From positions 37,696,001-37,760,000 of the forward strand of contig OZ024749.1 in NCBI GenBank assembly GCA_964016885.1: a stretch of 64,000 nt of DNA, in the 5' to 3' direction. Under the pieces are notes generated by a model. The model was given only the letters and a program-made list of their open reading frames with translations, did no database searches and had not been told where the DNA came from. This document shows positions 58,547-64,000 of the stretch, piece by piece. The DNA is from Eledone cirrhosa (taxonomy: Eukaryota). The translations under genes and the position numbers were made by a program. Within the stretch, counting starts at the first letter, position 1; each line of letters opens with the position of its first letter.

Positions 58547-58550
<4 letters not shown>
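58209..58550. mobile_element. 340-bp palindrome with an HHR motif on each strand
   Basis: Minus 58260-58351 reads tat-CTGAGGA-tcttgcga...tcgccaga-GAAAC-gatt-GTA-ata. Plus 58404-58495 has the same core with a weakened helix II. Confidence 0.75.
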
Positions 58551-58616
<66 letters not shown>

Positions 58617-58618
<2 letters not shown>

Positions 58619-58814
58619 GAAAATGGTCAAGACCCTGACGGCAGAGCACAAGCAGTTTCGACGGCTATTTCTCGAGTCCAGAAATAGCCGTCGAAACGGC
58701 TTGAGCTCTGCCGTCGAAGTCTTGACCATTTTCCTATTACCCACTCTACCACCCTAAGTATTGAGTACTCTGGTGCTTTATGGTCAATCTGGTTCCTTAC
58801 CACACTTCCTTCGT
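58617..58814 (+). mobile_element. F1 island
   Basis: Palindrome plus tail. Confidence 0.8.
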
Positions 58815-58867
58815 TATATATATACATATATGTATATATAAATATATATACATATATACATATATGT

Positions 58868-58987
<120 letters not shown>

Positions 58988-59489
58988 CATATATATATAT
59001 ATGTATACACACATATTTATTAAAATAACAGATTAAATTTTACGCAAAGAATCGCTGCTATCACCCTTAACGGGATCTTCGCATTTATTATTATTACTAT
59101 ATATATATACATATATATATATAAATGGAAGTCCGAAGAACATTTAGATAAAATATATACAGTATTTCCTCTCCCAATCAGTATAAATTAACCACATAAA
59201 AAAGCATTTAAACGAGGCTATAAGTTTAAAATGTACTTATGAAGAAATAATAGACAATACAGATTATTTTCCGCGATGTACAGCCATATGACACTTATCT
59301 AATTATTTCTTTTAGCCTGTAGAAATTGACTAGACAAGTAGTTAACTACACGGAATTAGGTACAAAATAACAGTTTGAAGAAAAAATGCATATGAATTTT
59401 ACTAAAATTCTCCTAGTCTCAACCACCATTAGTTTCGTTCCACTTTTTGGATATACCCGATCTTGGATACATCCATGAGGCCTGGTTAT

Positions 59490-59607
<118 letters not shown>

Positions 59608-59752
59608 AACAGTTTGACAACGAAGCTTACATATGCAAGATTCTACTTAATTGCTCTAATGGATTCTGCTCTAATGGAGTTACGTTCTAATTTGTAGCAA
59701 ATGATTTATATCATATAAGAAACACACACACATGCACACATACTCTCTCTCT

Positions 59753-59785
<33 letters not shown>

Positions 59786-59832
59786 TTAATATATATATAT
59801 ATATTTTACATATATACAATATATATATATTT

Positions 59833-59864
<32 letters not shown>

Positions 59865-59897
59865 CAGTATATATATACACACACACATATATATATA

Positions 59898-60103
59898 GGA
59901 ACGAGTAAGACCCCGACAGCTGAGCTCAAGCCGTTTCGACGGCTAATTCTGGAGTAAATTTTTTTTAGTCCAGAATTAGCCGTCGAAACGGCTTGAGCTC
60001 AGCCGTCGGGGTCTTACTCGTTCCTATTACCCACTCTACTACCCTAAGTATTGAGTACTTTAGTGCGTTATGGTCCACCTGGTTCCTTACCACATTTCCT
60101 TCG

Positions 60104-60104
<1 letters not shown>
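59898..60104 (+). mobile_element. F1 island with the longest centre
   Basis: Centre CTGGAGTAAATTTTTTTTAGTCCAG. Confidence 0.85.
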
Positions 60105-60139
<35 letters not shown>

Positions 60140-60147
<8 letters not shown>

Positions 60148-60320
60148 GAAGTTTTTTTACAAAATAAAAAAGAACGAGATGTCCTGCACGAGTGAAAGTA
60201 TAAGGAAAAAGATAAAATCGAAAATGCAACTGGAGTCTGTTTAAAAATATTTATTTGGTTCCTTTACCGGTTTCGCAGTTCTTGTGCTTTTCAAAAGTAG
60301 AATTGAGATGGAGGGTTTGT

Positions 60321-60325
<5 letters not shown>
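60140..60325 (-). mobile_element. F3 island with U3-A8 HHR at 60262-60297
   Basis: Matches 18968-19176. Confidence 0.75.
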
Positions 60326-60367
<42 letters not shown>

Positions 60368-60402
60368 TCACAAGTGTTTTTAGGCCTCCTATCATGTTAC
60401 CT

Positions 60403-60472
60403 TATTTTATCTGATGAAAACACAATTTTTGTCCCAGGATGATGTTGTTTTCGAAATGCGCATAATAAAATA
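60403..60472 (+). ncRNA. Type I HHR (F2) in island 60366-60508
   Basis: tattttat-CTGATGA-...-GAAAT-gcgc-ATA-ataaaata. Confidence 0.75.
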
Positions 60473-60505
60473 TATGGAACTTATTTAACCATCTTTTAAT
60501 TTCTT

Positions 60506-60567
<62 letters not shown>

Positions 60568-60692
60568 CTGTGTGTGTGTGTGTGTGTGTGTGGTACTGAT
60601 AGAAACAGTGGTGAAATGATGATTATGATGATGAAGATGACGGTCTTGATGATGTTGACGATTATGTCTAAGATGGTTTTTGACAATGGTGA

Positions 60693-60755
<63 letters not shown>

Positions 60756-61106
60756 TATAAACACTTCCCCCCATACCGCAACTTCGCTTTTGAACATATA
60801 TCTATATATATATATAAATAGTTATATATCAATGTATCTCTATGTGTGTTCGAATGTATGTTCGAAAGCGAAGCTGCGGTATGGGGGGAGAAGTGTTTAT
60901 TTAGAAAATACTTTGACAATATTAATATAAACAAGACAGAATGTTTGTTAAACACTAAACTATGTTTGCCAAACTACGGTAAAAGAACCAGTTTTGCTCT
61001 AGTAAACACAGATTCACCTTCACACAGGCACAAGCACACATATACATACACACACTCTTACTTAACTCTACCAACACCGCACCTCCACTTCTAAGTCTAC
61101 TTACTA

Positions 61107-61171
<65 letters not shown>

Positions 61172-61234
61172 TATATATATATATATATTCTATACTTATC
61201 ATATGTATCTGCTCTTACTAACTTATATATATAC

Positions 61235-61265
<31 letters not shown>

Positions 61266-61489
61266 CGTGCGTGTGTGTGTGCGTGTGTGTGTGCGTGTGT
61301 GCGTGTGTGTGTGTGTGTAATTTATACCTACCATATCTTCACGACTTTTGTGTAGATAAATGTGGTTGGTTGTTTTTTATCATGTTTTACCATTCCATTC
61401 TTTTTCTTTCCTGTTTTTTGTGTATTTAGGTTTTGCCTGTTTTTGATGTATAATGAATCCTAAGGTGTTTGGTTTTGATATATATGTGT

Positions 61490-61556
<67 letters not shown>

Positions 61557-62070
61557 ATATCTGTGTGTGCATGTGTATGTGTGTCTGTGTGTGTGTATAT
61601 ATACAGAGAGAGAGATGGAGAGATAAATAGATGGATAGACAGATGAATAGATACATGCATACATACTAGATACATACTTACATATACACACACATACATA
61701 CATACATACATACATACAGGCATACAATCTTACATAAATACATATGTACAGACATACATATTTCTGGAAGTAAATAAGTGAAAATAAGCAAAAGAAAAGA
61801 TCAGTGAATGTTAGATATATATACAGAGTCACATACAGAGACGCACACAGATTCACACACAGATTCACACACATAATCACACACATACACATACATATAA
61901 CAACCTACATACACACATACAAAAACATCACACTCAATAGGAGAAAATTCTTAGTCGAATCTAGATAAGAAATCTTGACAAAAACCCAAACATTCTGACT
62001 TTTGGCTAAAATATATATAATAAAAACGATTTGTGAAAATACAGGATAAAGAACACTCCCAAGAAAAAAT

Positions 62071-62469
<399 letters not shown>

Positions 62470-62503
62470 CGTGAATATATATATATCATATTATATATAT
62501 ATT

Positions 62504-62670
<167 letters not shown>

Positions 62671-62751
62671 GGTAAACAGAAATAACAACACAATCGGTAC
62701 AGTATATGGAAGAAATATATTATGTTAACGCTTGATATAGCGAGAAGAGGG

Positions 62752-62787
62752 TCTTAACTTATCGGACGCTAGTCCTTCATCAGAAGA
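62752..62787 (-). ncRNA. Degenerate minimal HHR
   Basis: tctt-CTGATGA-a-ggac(tagc)gtcc-GATA-ag-TT-aaga (GAAA mutated). Confidence 0.45.
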
Positions 62788-63022
62788 AAGAATGAGAAAT
62801 AAAATAGATTAAGGGGACGCGCAGGATGGAATTGGAAAAAATGTCTTTAGATAAAAATAATTGGTTCATTCATGTTGACATCTCTTGCAAAACTGTTGGT
62901 GCTGGCGTTTTGTGCATGATTTGTTTTTAAGAAAAGTGAATGATGGAGCGCGCCTACCTGCAATGTATATATATAATATGATATATATATATATTCACAC
63001 ACATATATACATATATATATAA

Positions 63023-63098
<76 letters not shown>

Positions 63099-63118
63099 AT
63101 CTATCTATATATATATAT

Positions 63119-63151
<33 letters not shown>

Positions 63152-63532
63152 TAGATTTACATATACATAAACTAGGCAGAGCCATATATATATGTGTGTT
63201 TTTGGCAACCATTCGCGGTGTGGCTCAATGATGAATTAATTAATTAAATAATCAACAATCAGAGCAATATAGATTCGGAGAGGAAATACTGTATATATTT
63301 TATCAAATGATTCTATGGAGTTACTTTCTCATATATATATATATATATACGATATTAATAAATGGAAACTATATTTATAAAACCATATTTATTTCATTAT
63401 ACATATTTCAGGGATACCAAATTAAATTATGGTATGCCTTTATCAGACAAAATACAATATATAACAGTTTTACAAATAAGCTTTGACGTACCCTATTAAA
63501 ATGCAACCATTATTTTTGGAAGCCATCTGGAA

Positions 63533-63611
63533 GCCAGGTGGACCATAACGCACTTTGGTGAGTACTTTCGTGCATTATGGTCCACCTGGTTCCTTACCAC
63601 ATTTCCTTCGT
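63533..63611 (+). mobile_element. F1 tail fragment with a short inversion
   Basis: CCAGGTGGACCATAACGCAC / GTGCATTATGGTCCACCTGG. Confidence 0.7.
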
Positions 63612-63632
63612 TATATATATATTTATATATAA

Positions 63633-63742
<110 letters not shown>

Positions 63743-64000
63743 TTATATATTTATATATATAGAGAGAGAGACACAAACAACACCACATGTCTCATCCTGC
63801 TATTACACTGCACTGCTACCACCACAATAAAAACGGCATGATCACGACCACCACTGATACCAACATCAACACCACCACATGCCTTTTCTCTCTCTCTTTT
63901 TCATTTGTTGTCAGTAAATCAGTTGTTTTCAGTAAATGATACTTCCAACATTATCTTGTAATCTCAGTCTTAATCTCTTTCGGGCTTCGTCGTGTACACA

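Overview
AT-rich, microsatellite-saturated eukaryotic non-coding DNA: (TA)n, (CA)n, (GA)n, (TAG)n and (CTT)n tracts make up a large share of the window. The tRNA-headed SINEs resemble octopod cephalopod families, but that organism call is an inference. I found no host protein-coding gene; almost all listed ORFs are repeat artefacts. Recognisable mobile DNA includes about 22 copies of one tRNA-derived SINE, four of a second SINE type, an internally deleted mariner, an 80-bp MADE1-like MITE, RTE LINE fragments, an RTE-derived non-autonomous element (two RTE-related insertions have twin-priming-type inversions), and a CRE-like endonuclease fragment. The main signal is that many short unique 'islands' between (TA)n tracts carry hammerhead ribozyme (HHR) motifs, from at least 8 unrelated families, of the type known from Penelope-like element (PLE) pLTRs and retrozymes. 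Three families use the U3-A8 core variant, and several have long stems I or II. One locus looks like a ~310-nt retrozyme monomer with terminal redundancy. Many copies are inverted palindromes whose junctions lie in or next to helix II. Three copies from three families start exactly at the predicted self-cleavage site. All RNA structures were read by eye, not computed.
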